A stretch of 64,000 bases of DNA from Macrostomum lignano (Eukaryota). Shown one piece after another: positions 23,881-35,600 of this stretch. Position numbers and translations under genes: made by a program. The notes beneath the pieces are model-generated. The model was not told the origin of the DNA. It worked only from the letters and a program-made list of their open reading frames with translations, and did not search any database. The DNA lies in NCBI GenBank assembly GCA_002269645.1, contig NIVC01000151.1:682001-746000 (forward strand). Direction: 5' to 3'. The stretch's first letter is position 1. Each line of letters opens with the position of its first letter.

Positions 23881-25315
23881 ATGCAGCTCATAGCTGTAAT
23901 CAAGGCGGCACTCGCTGCACTCGCTCTGCTGGTTGTCGGATGGCTCTTGGGCGTGCATCAGGACTTCGTGAGGCCTGGCCGGCTGCTTCAGGTAAAGGCA
24001 CACGACAGAGCAGACAGAAGCAACAGGTGCCACCCCACCCCATCCCGAGTACCGGTATTATACTACACCGGCCACCGATCTCCTACTAGCCTTCCTGGAA
24101 GCCATGAAAACAGGATTTCTTTTTTTTCATTCCAACACTGATCTCAACCTGGTGAAAACGCACAGCTCAACAACCTGGCAACCTTGGTAAACTTGCAGCA
24201 CTACCATATGGAATGCAAAAATTCATTTTCAGAAGAGGTTTACTTGGAGGCAAAAATGATATCTGATCGATTTACTTTCGCGATTCTATATTTAAGATAC
24301 TCGAATGAATGGAGGTGCTGTGCGTATCCAAGGCGGCGGGGTCAAGCCAAAAAGCTCCTGAGGGGAAGATCAATGACACACGGAGATTGCGAAGCCCAAC
24401 TAATATTGTGCCTTTTAATCTCTGGGGCAGGTGATTACAGTTGTTTTTACTTTTGCTCTTTCTCCCCGGGGGATATTCTGTGGGTAACCCAAACAGCAGA
24501 ACCCACTGCACGCCACTGCACACACAGACCAACTACTAAAGCACTTCTCCCTACCCAAACAGCAGCCAGGCGAAGCCCCGGAGCCGCAGCGCGTCGGCAA
24601 CTTTGTGACGCCGATGCTGCACCAAAGCTGGAAGAGCCGCAAGCTGCCCACCAAATGAGCGGAGCGCTGGAGCGCCAGCTGGCAGACCTGCTTCCCGAAC
24701 TGGGAAATGCGCTTGTGGACCGACGATGACAACCTGGCGCTGGTGCGAGACCATTACCCCTGGTTCCTGCCGGTGTACCTTAGCTTCAAAGACCCGGTGG
24801 AGAGAGCTGACCTCGCCAGGTACTTCTACATGTTCCACTTTGGAGGCATCTATGCCGACCTTGACGCCGTGTGTCTGAAGAACTTCGAGCACCTGTTCAA
24901 CTCCACTGCGATGCTATTCTGCGGTATGGACGGCCTCAGCGACGGAGACCCGCTGCTGCACACCTACGTGCAGAACTCGCTCATGGCCTCGCGACCCGGC
25001 CATCCGTTCTGGATGCGGCTGATCGCAAGAGTGATGATGCACCGACACTTTGGCAAGAGGGGAAGAGCGGAGCTCACCACCGGGCCCTACATTCTAATGG
25101 AGGAGCTGAGGGAATACATGAAGGAGAAGCCAACGGACACGAAGATCTTCCAGGGCAAGTACTTTAACCCGTTCAGCTGGTACAGCAACAAGGTGGCCGC
25201 CTGCAAGGACCTCGGTCGCATGACGGACGAAGAAGAGGCCAAGTGTGTCGCTGCGTTTCCCGAAGCTTACGTAGTGCAGCTGCACACGCAGAGCTGGCTC
25301 AACGGGAAGCTGTGA
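23881..25315 (+). CDS. GT32/DXD glycosyltransferase (SUR1/CSH1/Och1-like), type II membrane; exons 23881-23991 and 24563-25315; in-frame TGA at 24656-24658 (possible pseudogene or recoding)
   Basis: N-terminal signal-anchor (IAVIKAALAALALLVVGWLLGV), followed by PMLHQSWK, W.MRLWTDDD, RADLARYFYMFHFGGIYADLD, NSLMASRPGHPFW, LTTGP and a terminal HTQSW, the motif set of GT32 enzymes. One stop interrupts the frame at codon 69. Confidence 0.85.
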
Positions 25316-25841
25316 GGCGGCTGATGCGGCTAATTATGCTCATATCTGATTGCGATGGGCAGGTCTCTAAAGATTGGTTCATCGTGAGGGTTCTTGAACA
25401 CAATTTTCGGCCACTCTGTACGAGTGAATCTCTTGCAATTGTGTGCCTTGATGGCCGGCCTCATGTCGGTATGACTCGTACTTTCTTTGTGTAAATGAAT
25501 GAACAGTACTATAGCTCGTATCATTACTGTTCTAAAAGTTCTCAAGTCAAAGTAAGCCAGGTTTTTGTTCTACTATAAGACCAATCTCCTCACTTTTATA
25601 TTTGGAACAGTCTAAAATAGTCCTCTGCTACAGCCAAATATAAGAAATTCAAACGAAACAGATGGGCTCTTATTGACAGCCCATTAGTCGGGAGGAAATA
25701 TTCTTTCTGGGGAAAATTTGACATTGCTACGACAGAAAACTCAGGAGTTTAAAGCCTCAGAATTGTCATGCGCTGAAGCAATCGCATGTGGCCCGGGCTA
25801 GCGGTGGCAGAATGCAGGAAATTCTTTTGTTTGCTTTACTA

Positions 25842-26485
25842 TTGCTTTTGTCAGCCTAACTGAGAATAAAGCCATCCAAAGTGAGAATCCTGCCTACGCT
25901 GACTGCAAAGGGCCTGGCTGCGTGCAGCCTTAGTCTATGGGCCATAGACTATAAAGGACAAGCAAAGTGATAAAAAGCCATCCAATGTGAGAATCGATTG
26001 GTCTATGCGTCGTATTCTTTTATTTTTATACCTTCTGAGCCATATGACTAGCCAATAGCTTGAACGGAATAACGGAAACAGGAACACACTGGATGATACA
26101 GTACAGTAAAGTAAAGAGTTAAAATAGCCGTCCCTCAATGCACTTCCCAAAGAGTCGTCTGCAATGCAGGTCCCACGCGGCAGCCTTCCCAGCAGTGACT
26201 GTGTCGTCAATAGCTTCGCGCGCCTCCCTCTCTAACAGCATGTTCCTGTTTCCGTTATTCCGTTCAAGCTATTGGCTAGTCATATGGCTCAGAAGGTATA
26301 AAAATAAAAGAATACGACGCATAGACCAATCGATTCTCACATTGGATGGCTTTTTATCACTTTGCTTGTCCTTTATAGTCTATGGCCCATAGACTAAGGC
26401 TGCACGCAGCCAGGCCCTTTGCAGTCAGCGTAGGCAGGATTCTCACTTTGGATGGCTTTATTCTCAGTTAGGCTGACAAAAGCAA
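25842..26485. mobile_element. Foldback/MITE, 644 bp, with 245-bp terminal inverted repeats and a TA target duplication
   Basis: 25842-26086 is the reverse complement of 26241-26485. TA lies at 25840-25841 and 26486-26487. An uninterrupted copy of the target (gctttacTAtcagccgg) lies just downstream at ~26530. Confidence 0.88.
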
Positions 26486-26559
26486 TATCAGCCGGTTAGC
26501 TGAGGCAACAATGCAGGAAATTCTTTTGTTTGCTTTACTATCAGCCGGTTAGCTGAGGC

Positions 26560-27265
26560 AACTGTCATAAACCTGAATTAGGCAACTGTTGTAAACCTGC
26601 ATTAGGCAACTGTTTTAAACCTGCATCAGGCAACTGTCATAAACCTGCATCAGGCAACTGTCATAAACCTGCATCAGGCAACTGTCATAAACCTGCATCA
26701 GAAAACTGTCATAAACCTGCATCAGGAAACTGTCATAAACCTGCATCAGGAAACTGTCATAAACCTGCATCAGGAAACTGTCATAAACCTGCATCAGGAA
26801 ACTGTCATAAACCTGCATCAGGAAGCTGTCATAAAACAGCATCAGGCAACTGTCATAAACCTGCATTAGGCAACTGTTGTTAACCTGCATTAGGCAACTG
26901 TCATAAACCTGAATTAGGCAACTGTTGTAAACCTGCATCAGGAAACTGTCATAAACCTGCATCAGAAAACTGTCATAAACCTGCATCAGGAAACTGTCAT
27001 AAACCTGCATCAGGCAACTGTCATAAACCTGCATTAGGCAACTGTTGTAAACCTGCATTAGGCAACTGTCATAAACCTGAATTAGGCAACTGTCATAAAC
27101 CTGAATTAGGCAACTGTTGTAAACCTGCATTAGGCAACTGTTTTAAACCTGCATTAGGCAACTGTCATAAACCTGCATTAGGCAACTGTTGTAAACCTGC
27201 ATCAGGCAAATGTTGTAAACCTGCATCAGGCAACTGTCATAATCCTGCATCAGGCAACTGTCATG
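26560..27265. repeat. 24-bp minisatellite
   Basis: Unit aaacctgcatcaggcaactgtcat, about 29 copies. Confidence 0.9.
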
Positions 27266-27565
27266 CAGGCAACTGTCATGAACCAACAGTGATGTGGATG
27301 GCGCTTGGTGTTTTTACGAGTACGCTCGTACTCTGCTGCTTTTCTGATGGTTTCTCGGTGTGTGGGTAGTCTTTGGCCCACTCGACTTATCTGCAGGGCG
27401 GTCAGAAGATAGCGGGGAGACAGAGTTGCCCATTCCACTCGTCCTTGAAGACCTGCTTGGAGTAAAGGTGCCGAGCCAGTCAGAAAGATCCGGCCCTCCC
27501 ACGTCTGCGGTTGCTCTGCCTGGGCTTGCACTTGAGCAAACCAGCTTTGCCCAAGCCTTGGTTTG

Positions 27566-28360
27566 TGCGCTCTCTCGTCTCTCTTGGGTATGCGACCGCC
27601 CCTCCCCCGCGTGTGTACGCTCTCTCATTATGCGACCCCCCATCCGCCGCTGTATACGCTCTCTCGTCTCGTCTCTCTTGGGTATGCGACCACCCCTCCG
27701 CCGCGTGTGTGCGCTCTCTCGTCTCTCTTGGGTATGCAACCTCCCCTCCGCCGCGCGTGTACGCTCTCTCGTCTCTCTTGGGTGTGTGACCACCCCTCCA
27801 CCGCGTGTGTGCACTCTCTTGTCTCTCTTGGGTATGCGACCACCCCTCCGCCGCGTGTGTGCGCTCTCTCGTCTCTCTTGGGTATGCAACCTCCCCTCCG
27901 CCGCGCGTGTACGCTCTCTCGTCTCTCTTGGGTGTGTGACCACCCCTCCACCGCGTGTGTGCGCTCTCTTGTCTCTCTTGGGTATGCGACCACCCCTCCG
28001 CCGCGTGTGTGCGCTCTCTCGTCTCTCTTGGGTATGCAACCACCCCTCCGCCGCGCGTGTACGCTCTGTCGTCTCTCTTGGGTGTGTGACCACCCCTCCA
28101 CCGCGTGTGTGCGCTCTCTCGTCTCTCTTGGGTATGCAACCACCTCTCCGCCGCGCGTGTACGCTCTGTCGTCTCTCTTGGGTGTGTGACCACCCCTCCA
28201 CCGCGTGTGTGCGCTCTCTCGTCTCTCTTGGGTATGCAACCACCCCTCCGCCGCGCGTGTACGCTCTGTCGTCTCTCTTGGGTGTGTGACCACCCCTCCA
28301 CCGCGTGTGTGCGCTCTCTCGTCTCTCTTGGGTATGTGACCACCCCTCAGCCGCGTGTGT
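27566..28360. repeat. 50-bp satellite with higher-order structure
   Basis: gtctctcttg recurs every 50 bp from 27721 to 28321, with three variant unit types. Confidence 0.9.
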
Positions 28361-28389
28361 ACTTGTACCCTCTCTCTGTCTCGTCGTCT

Positions 28390-30146
28390 TTTAGGTGTGC
28401 AAACGCCACCTGTCCACCGCCAACGGAGAAGCGCAAACGGGCGAGCGGGACTCTGCCGGGTAAAAACGCCCAGGAAAAGGAGCTCTTGTTCGTCATAACC
28501 CCACCGAATACGTCAACCTTTTTAGGGGCTGCAGCGACGATGGACGTGACTAAGGGCGGGAACCCGCCCGAAGCACTATCCGCACCAAACCCGACTCAGC
28601 GCGCGAAGCAGCCTCTGGACGTAGCCAAGGATCGAAACCACAGTAACCCCCAGCGCAGTCTCGCCACTGCGGCTCTTTCGCAAAACCGGGCCGAGAATGC
28701 GGGCGCTGCCATTGTGGAAATCATCCGGGAGGAGCCCATGGAACTTGAGCCCACCAGCAGGGCAGTAGAGACAGCACTTCTGCACAACTCGCCCTGAGCC
28801 AGCAGGAAGATGCGCAGACAACCCATGTACTCGTAACTCCGAATATTCCTGCTGGTTTTGACTTGTTTTAAAACCCTGAGAACCCCAGAGCAGCCATATT
28901 TGTGTCTACACTTATTTAAAGTATCCCTGGCGATGGCCCTTCGGTTTCGCCTAAACTCAGCTCCCTTGTGAACTACTGCTCCAGCTGCATGTTTGATCCG
29001 ATGGTGGCGGGCGACAGTAACACTCACCACACCCACTGAGGCAGCAATACCTCCAACTGCAGAGGCGAAGAACTTCTTGCTTACATCTGCAACATAGGTG
29101 GAACTCCTACCTTCGACAAAGGGCGATAAACGGAGGTCCTTGACATCACCCTCGTCTCGCACGGCCTGGCTCCTCTGATTAAGGACTAGAAGGCATGGGA
29201 TGGAGAGGCGTCGCTGTCTGATCATCGCTTCGTTCACTTTCGGTTGCAATTCTCATGCCCCAAACTAACAATCCTGTCGAAAAAGAACTTTCGAAAAGGA
29301 GGACTGACAATAGCTCCTGAAATGCCAGACAGATCAGCTGACCACCGCCATACCCACAACCTTTCAGGAAGTTGATGACCTTTCGGACCTGCTCAGCAAG
29401 ACGGTCCTGACACAGTTCAAAATCCCGCCTGTTATCTCAAGACCTACAAAGGCAAAAACATCCGCCCATTGGTGGCACCCGGCGCTTGGATCCCTCCGGC
29501 GCAAGCCAAAGTGCCTTCAATGGAAAGCTCACAGGAGCAAAGATCCAGCTGACCTGGCCGCTGTCAGAACGGGGCCAGGCTTCAGGGAGATGCAGGGTGT
29601 CTCGACCGCCGCTTCTGCGCTGTGCAATGCGCCATCTCCAACAGCTGCAAGCGCGCTGCATCACTTGGCTGAGCTTCGCCTGCACCCGGTCGCTGACCGC
29701 TGCCAGCTGCTAAGCAACGCCTCCGAGACAAGCCTTCGGCAGCTGCCAACTGCTGGCCAAGTCCAGCTCTGACGGCTCGAGGCTTTCCCAGCCCATCGGA
29801 AACCGGTGCTGGTTCCTCACCGGTGCTGGTTCCTCACCGGTGCTGGTTCCTCACCGGTGCTGGTTCCTCACCGGTGCTGGTTCCTCACCGGTGCTGGTTC
29901 CTCACCGGTGCTGGTTCCTCACCGGTGCTGGTTCCTCACCGGTGCTGGCTCCGCACCGGTGCTGGTTCCTCACCGGTGCTGGTTCCTCACCGGTGCTGGT
30001 TCCTCACCGGTGCTGGTTCCTCACCGGTGCTGGTTCCTCACCGGTGCTGGTTCCTCAGCTGCACGCCGAACTCGTCGCTGGTGTTCAGCAGGAGCCTCAC
30101 AGAAGCTGAGATGCAGCAGCTGGACAGTCTTTGCCCGACTTCTTGA
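28390..30146 (+). mobile_element. Degenerate LINE remnant (ORF1-like tail at ~28390-28797; EN-RT linker-like piece at ~29250-29770), interrupted by a 17-bp array
   Basis: Translation near 29460 gives HWWHPALGSLRRK...WKAHRSKDPADL, resembling the WW..EL..LR..R linker of LINE ORF2. The pieces are broken and no RT motif is visible. Confidence 0.45.
29803..30056. repeat. 17-bp minisatellite
   Basis: Unit ccggtgctggttcctca, about 15 copies. Confidence 0.9.
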
Positions 30147-31504
30147 CGGGAAACCTGTGACTGTATTGGACTGAAAGTACATTTATTTGAGCAAACTAGA
30201 CTTAAAGTACGCTCGTAGAACTGAGTGGACTTGAAAACGTAAAACTATTTCACCCAGAGCTCGAGTTATTCTCCTGCTTGATGCACTCCAGATGCTCTAC
30301 GGCTCAAGCTCAGGCGATGATTTTTCTAATAGATTCACACGCGCGTTCTCGACTTGCTACTAATAAGTAGCTTGTCGCTAAGTAGCTAATTCAGCAGTGA
30401 ATTTTTAAACAATCTGCAGTGTACACCGTGTATTTTGTTGTTGGTGGATTGCACTCTTATTGAATAGGTAGCTAGTTTGTAAATTAGTGAGTCATGAATT
30501 CCCCCATCATCTTGAACCTCAAATTGAAAACGTACACCGCATTAATAACCATTAGTTGACGGCTTTGCGACCTATATCCAGCGTTAGAACCAGGGGCATC
30601 GCCATGGATTTTATGGTTACTGGTAGTTACTGTTTAATTACCTACCGAAGTCGCTTAAAGATTTTTTTGGATTTCGAATTTGCACAGTGCTTGACAATTA
30701 AATGTTCATCAGCTTTGAATGTCTTGGATCTATGAAGGAACCCGCAGAAAGTCACTGCAGCTGGTGAAAGTTTCACCGAACTCAGAACTAAGCTGACGCG
30801 ACACTTTAGGAAGCTTCTCAAATCTAAGATCGAATTTAAGATGATGGAAAAGCGATCTATGGACATGCAAGCTTTAGCTTAGGAACTGCACAAGCCTTAT
30901 AGCACGGCTCCAGTAACTCAACCCACCAGCTGCTCTGGAGCGAGTTCCCCGCGAGCTGGAATTTTGTCATGGGAAAACTCCTGGCAGTTCATATCCTTAC
31001 AGCAGGGGGACGGGTGCAAAACAAAGCGTACATTTATCCTGCGATTGCCGCGGGAAGCATCTGGGAATGAGGATGAGTTCCCTTTGCTTCCCGGGTGCAG
31101 CTGAGACGAGAGAGACTCTGTCAGGTGGGGCTGTCAGGGCAGCCTCTCCGCTACAATCCTCTCACCCGCGTTGTTTGCGCCCAGGCAGCCTCGCCTCCCC
31201 CTTTTGTCTCCCGGCAGCCCAGCCGTATCAGCCAGCCGGGGCTTGCCCGCACTGCTGCGAATTCTGTCCAATGCGCTCGCAGCTCCGGCAGCCCAGGCTG
31301 AGCTGAGGCGGATATGAGGGGAGGGGCGGCTGTGGCGGCAGGCAAAATCAATAGCTGCCTGCCCGCGAACCAAACACAGACCGACAGGCTGCTCCCCATC
31401 GCGCGGCATTAAGCGGCAGTCAGCAGGGGGCAGCAGCTTCGGTACGAAGGCCGGCCGCTCTTGTTGGAGGCTCAGCAGCCAGTCTGCAGTTCAAAGGCGC
31501 GGCA

Positions 31505-31972
31505 CCCAGATGCATTCCTGGGCCACTGAGACCCAGCACCTGTTTGTGGTGAGTCTCCGCACAGCCTCAGGCCCAGATGCATTCCTGGGCCACTGAGACC
31601 CAGCACCTGTTTATGGTGAGTCTCCGCACAGCCTCAGGCCCAGGTGCATTCCTGGGCCACTGAGACCCAGCACCTGTTTATGGTGAGTCTCCGCACAGCC
31701 TCAGGCCCAGATGCATTCCTGGGCCACTGAGACCCAGCACCTGTTTGTGGTGAGTCTCCGCACAGCCTCAGGCCCAGATGCATTCCTGGGCCACTGAGAC
31801 CCAGCACCTGTTTATGGTGAGTCTCCGCACAGCCTCAGGCCCAGGTGCATTCCTGGGCCACTGAGACCCAGCACCTGTTTGTGGTGAGTCTCCGCACAGC
31901 CTCAGGCCCAGATGCATTCCTGGGCCACTGAGACCCAGCACCTGTTTGTGGTGAATCTCCGCACAGCCTCAG
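31505..31972. repeat. 67-bp tandem repeat, 7 copies, each with a GTGAGT donor-like motif
   Basis: Unit cagatgcattcctgggccactgagacccagcacctgttt(g/a)tggtgagtctccgcacagcctcaggcc. Confidence 0.9.
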
Positions 31973-32682
31973 GATTTTCAAGTCTGAGCTTATCCGTTAA
32001 TTCCGACGCTGACACGCGTGAGACGGCCCTTGGCGCCAATTCATTTAAGTACAATTTTATTCTGTTTCGCCAGCGCCACCTGGATGCCTCGACAGATAAT
32101 TGGAATGCACCGCAATGACAGACGGAGTCTCAGGTTAATGCAGACAGAGCGAGATTGGGTTCCCGGGGCAGATGCTCGGCTCTAATGCAATGGAGACGGC
32201 ATATGGGAAGATGCAGCAGACTGTCTTCCCTTCCCAGCGTGGGCCACCAGAGCCCTGGGGTCTCCGCCTCATTTCTAAACATGAGGCCGGACACCGAAGC
32301 ATCCGCAGACTGCGTCCGCAGATCCGCAGGCCTCCCTTGGGATCGTGCTGCCATCTCGCTGCAGCTCGGCTCGCCTGCACTATCAGGCTGAACTGAGCAG
32401 GCTGAGTCGGGCCCGCAGATCCTTGAGATGCCATTCCAATTCCCGCCGGAGGGTTGGAAACAACGGCCTTCTATTATTTTTTCAAAGATAAATTAAAAAA
32501 CGAAGGCAAGCCTCCCAGCCTCCAGTCCTCATCTTGAGATCTGATGAGCTGCATGCTGAGCAGCTTCTCTATCTGAGCAGAGCCTGCGCGATGCCTTTTT
32601 TAATTGATGAGAAATATTCCAGCTGCTCAGTGGAGGAACCGGGCAATCCCAGCGCCATCGCATCTTCCCGCAGGGGTCCCGC

Positions 32683-35600
32683 ATGGACTCAATTGACGAG
32701 GACGCCTTCCTGCCTGACAGCCGCGATGGCGGCGGCCCCGGTGGGCGCAATGCGCCCGGTGGCTCCGCCAGCGGCCAGCAGCACCCGCTGCAGCCGCAGC
32801 ACCAGCCGCATCTGCCGCACCAGCCACTGCCGGGCACGCACTTCCCGTTCACGCCGCAGGCGCACAGCGTCACCGCTGCCAGCCACCGCACAGTTTCCGT
32901 GCAGCAACCGCAGCAGCAGCTGCACCACCCGGCTGTGCACCAGCAGCTGTCGCTGGGCAGCAGGCGGTCAAGCCAGAGCTCGTCACCCGCCACGCCGCGC
33001 GAGAGCCTCCGCAGCCCGCTGGTGGTCGGCATCCCCGCCGCGGCTGCCGGCATTTCGGGCCTTCAACGGCGTCCGTCAGGTGGCCAGCCGACTGGCAGCT
33101 GGTCGCAGGCGAGCCAGGCCTCGCCCATTATGCAGGCCTTCGCAACCTCGGCGCTCGCCCCGCAGCCGCCGCAGCCGCCGCCGCTGCAGCTGCTGCCGTC
33201 GCTGGCGCCGCCTGGGTTCCGCTTGGACCCGAAGAAGCACTACAGCAGCCTGGGCCGCTGCGGACTTCGGGTCTCCTGCCTGGGCCTTGGCACCTGGGTG
33301 ACATTTGCCGGACAGGTGCCAGGTAAGTTTGGGATTGTGGTCTACCCGAATTTTTTCCCTAGCAACAAAAATCACAACATATGGTGTAAAGGTCACAGAA
33401 ACAGCGACACAGAGCGCACATTGTTGGGGTTGTACTTTGGTTTTCGTGACGTGAGCATCGAGAAATCGTGAAACTCTCGGGGTGGGCGAGCAGCGCTGCC
33501 TGCACGGCGAGTCGCTCCGGTGTTGCATTCAGTTCAAACAAATTTGTCTCGAGATCAACTCCCTCTCCCGCGATCCCAATAGAGATGCAATAAAAGCTAC
33601 CCCAAAGCTAGGCATGTGAGCTAAATACGGGTTTTATCCAGGTAGATAGGGCGGTGGGATAAATTATTGGCAGAAATGACTGCGGCTTTGCCAATTCATT
33701 GGGCGAGTTTGGGTCCGCAAGCTCCGCGGCTGATCCGCTTGCTTATCTCGAGCTCAAATCTGTATGCCAGTTTTTTCTCCGTGATTGCACAGCGCGCTTA
33801 TTGCACCCGGCAGGCCGCCATCAGCAGGGGAGCCGGATTCGGAGTCTGGGGGAATCGGGACCGGAGCTGCCGGCGGAGCTGCAAGTACGGCGTAAATAAT
33901 GCAGGCCTGAGCTGACAGCTCAGTAGTGCTCTCCGCGTGGGAAAGTTCATCATCCTATGTTTTCCCTGCGTCCCCAGCTCCACCCTCCAGCCTGGGATCG
34001 GCCTCAGCTAAGCTCCGAGCTCACTCCACAGCCCACCGGTAGGCTCAGTTTTACTGCCACTCCTGAGAGCAGTAGAGCTCAGTATGAGTTGCCCATCTCA
34101 TACCCAGATGGGGGTCTGGGGATCAGACCCTCATCCTGATAAACTGCTGTTGAAAACCTATACAATGGTGTGGACTCATTGTGCCAATTCTGAATTGATA
34201 CAATCATACTGCATTATCCATTTGGGACACAAAGTGCTGTAGAACAACTGCAGCGTCACAGAGGACTCATTTGTAAACAACTCTATGCTTTGCTTTGTAT
34301 TAGGAGGCGATTTCGGCCTCATAGCACGCCGTGAAAGATGAAAGCAACAAGCGACATCGCACAAACCAGCCAAAAGCCACCACAGATAACAGCAGCTGAA
34401 TTTAATTGTGATGTTTCCAAATTCCAATTGCGATGGGATCAGCAGTTCAGAAAAAATTGAGTACCAGCTGCCAGCAGTAAACAGAGAGGGACAGGGCAGC
34501 TCAGCGGTCAACGCGTCTGACTCTCTGACTCTCTCTCTCTCTGGCTCTCTCACCTCACTCTCTCTGACTCTCTCACCTCACTCTCTCTGGCTCTCTCACC
34601 TCACTCTCTCTCTGACTCTCTCACCTCACTCTCTCTGGCTCTCTCACCTCACTCTCTCTCTGACTCTCTCACCTCACTCTCTCTGACTCTCTCACCTCAC
34701 TCTCTCTCTGACTCTCTCACCTCACTCTCTCTGGCTCTCTCACCTCACTCTCTCTGACTCTCTCACCTCACTCTCTCTGGCTCTCTCACCTCACTCTCTC
34801 TCTGACTCTCTCACCTCACTCTCTCTGGCTCTCTCACCTCACTCTCTCTGACTCTCTCACCTCACTCTCTCTGACTCTCTCACCTCACTCTCTCTGACTC
34901 TCTCACCTCACTCTCTCTGGCTCTCTCACCTCACTCTCTCTCTGACCCCTGGTTCCGTGCGCGGCGCATTCATCTGGGAATTGTGCACAAAAATTTGTTT
35001 GGATGCACAGCCATGAGGGCCAACCCCAAGGCACAGAGGGTGTACATCTCTGACGATTAGAAAGTCAGAACCGCTGTGCACCCTGTGTGAGCGCGTGTCT
35101 GATTGCATGTCTGCGTACAGTATGGGCGCGCTTGTGTGCTCAGTAGTCAGCGGAATGGACAGAATCGCCCCAGCGCTGGTTGTGAGCCGAAGCCCTCCCG
35201 CAGTTATTGCTACTGTTAGCCGTCTTCTCACACCCCGAGCGATCTTCTCAACATCCTCAACCCCGCACCCGCAGACTCGGTGGCGGAGGACATCCTGACC
35301 CTGGCCTACGCCTGCGGCATCAACTTCTTTGACACAGCCGAGGTTTACGCGGCCGGCCGGGCCGAGCTGCTGCTGGGCCGCCTGCTGCGAAAGGTTTGTT
35401 GAGCTGATCCGGTCTGATCCCCGAGTTGCACTTTTGCCTCCTGTCAGAGTTGAGTACATGCGCAGTGCTTAGGTTCACAGGCTCTTATTAAGGTAAGTAG
35501 ATCGCTCTGGCCTCAGTTCGGCATTTCCTACGCAAACCCCATGCATGACTCGGGAGAGTTGGTGCCAGCGTCAGCTGCGTTGCCGCCCCCACCCGTGTCC

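Noticed and set aside
25499-25532. 3' UTR hairpin as a SECIS for the glycosyltransferase TGA
   Set aside because: The stem (gaacagta/tactgttc) is Watson-Crick with TC opposite ATGA. It lacks the 3' GA of the kink-turn quartet and the apical AA.
27314-28343. Several 200-300-aa ORFs on both strands
   Set aside because: All are products of the 50-bp satellite.
32683-33200. Long Gln/His/Pro/Ser-rich N-terminus of the Kv-beta
   Set aside because: Extended low-complexity N-termini are known for invertebrate Hyperkinetic-type subunits, so this is not unusual by itself.
32529-33301. Overlapping alternative-frame and antisense ORFs over GC-rich exons (also over importin, MyRIP-like, MTHFR and 48489-49414)
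   Set aside because: These are expected shadows of high-GC3 coding sequence, with no independent motifs.
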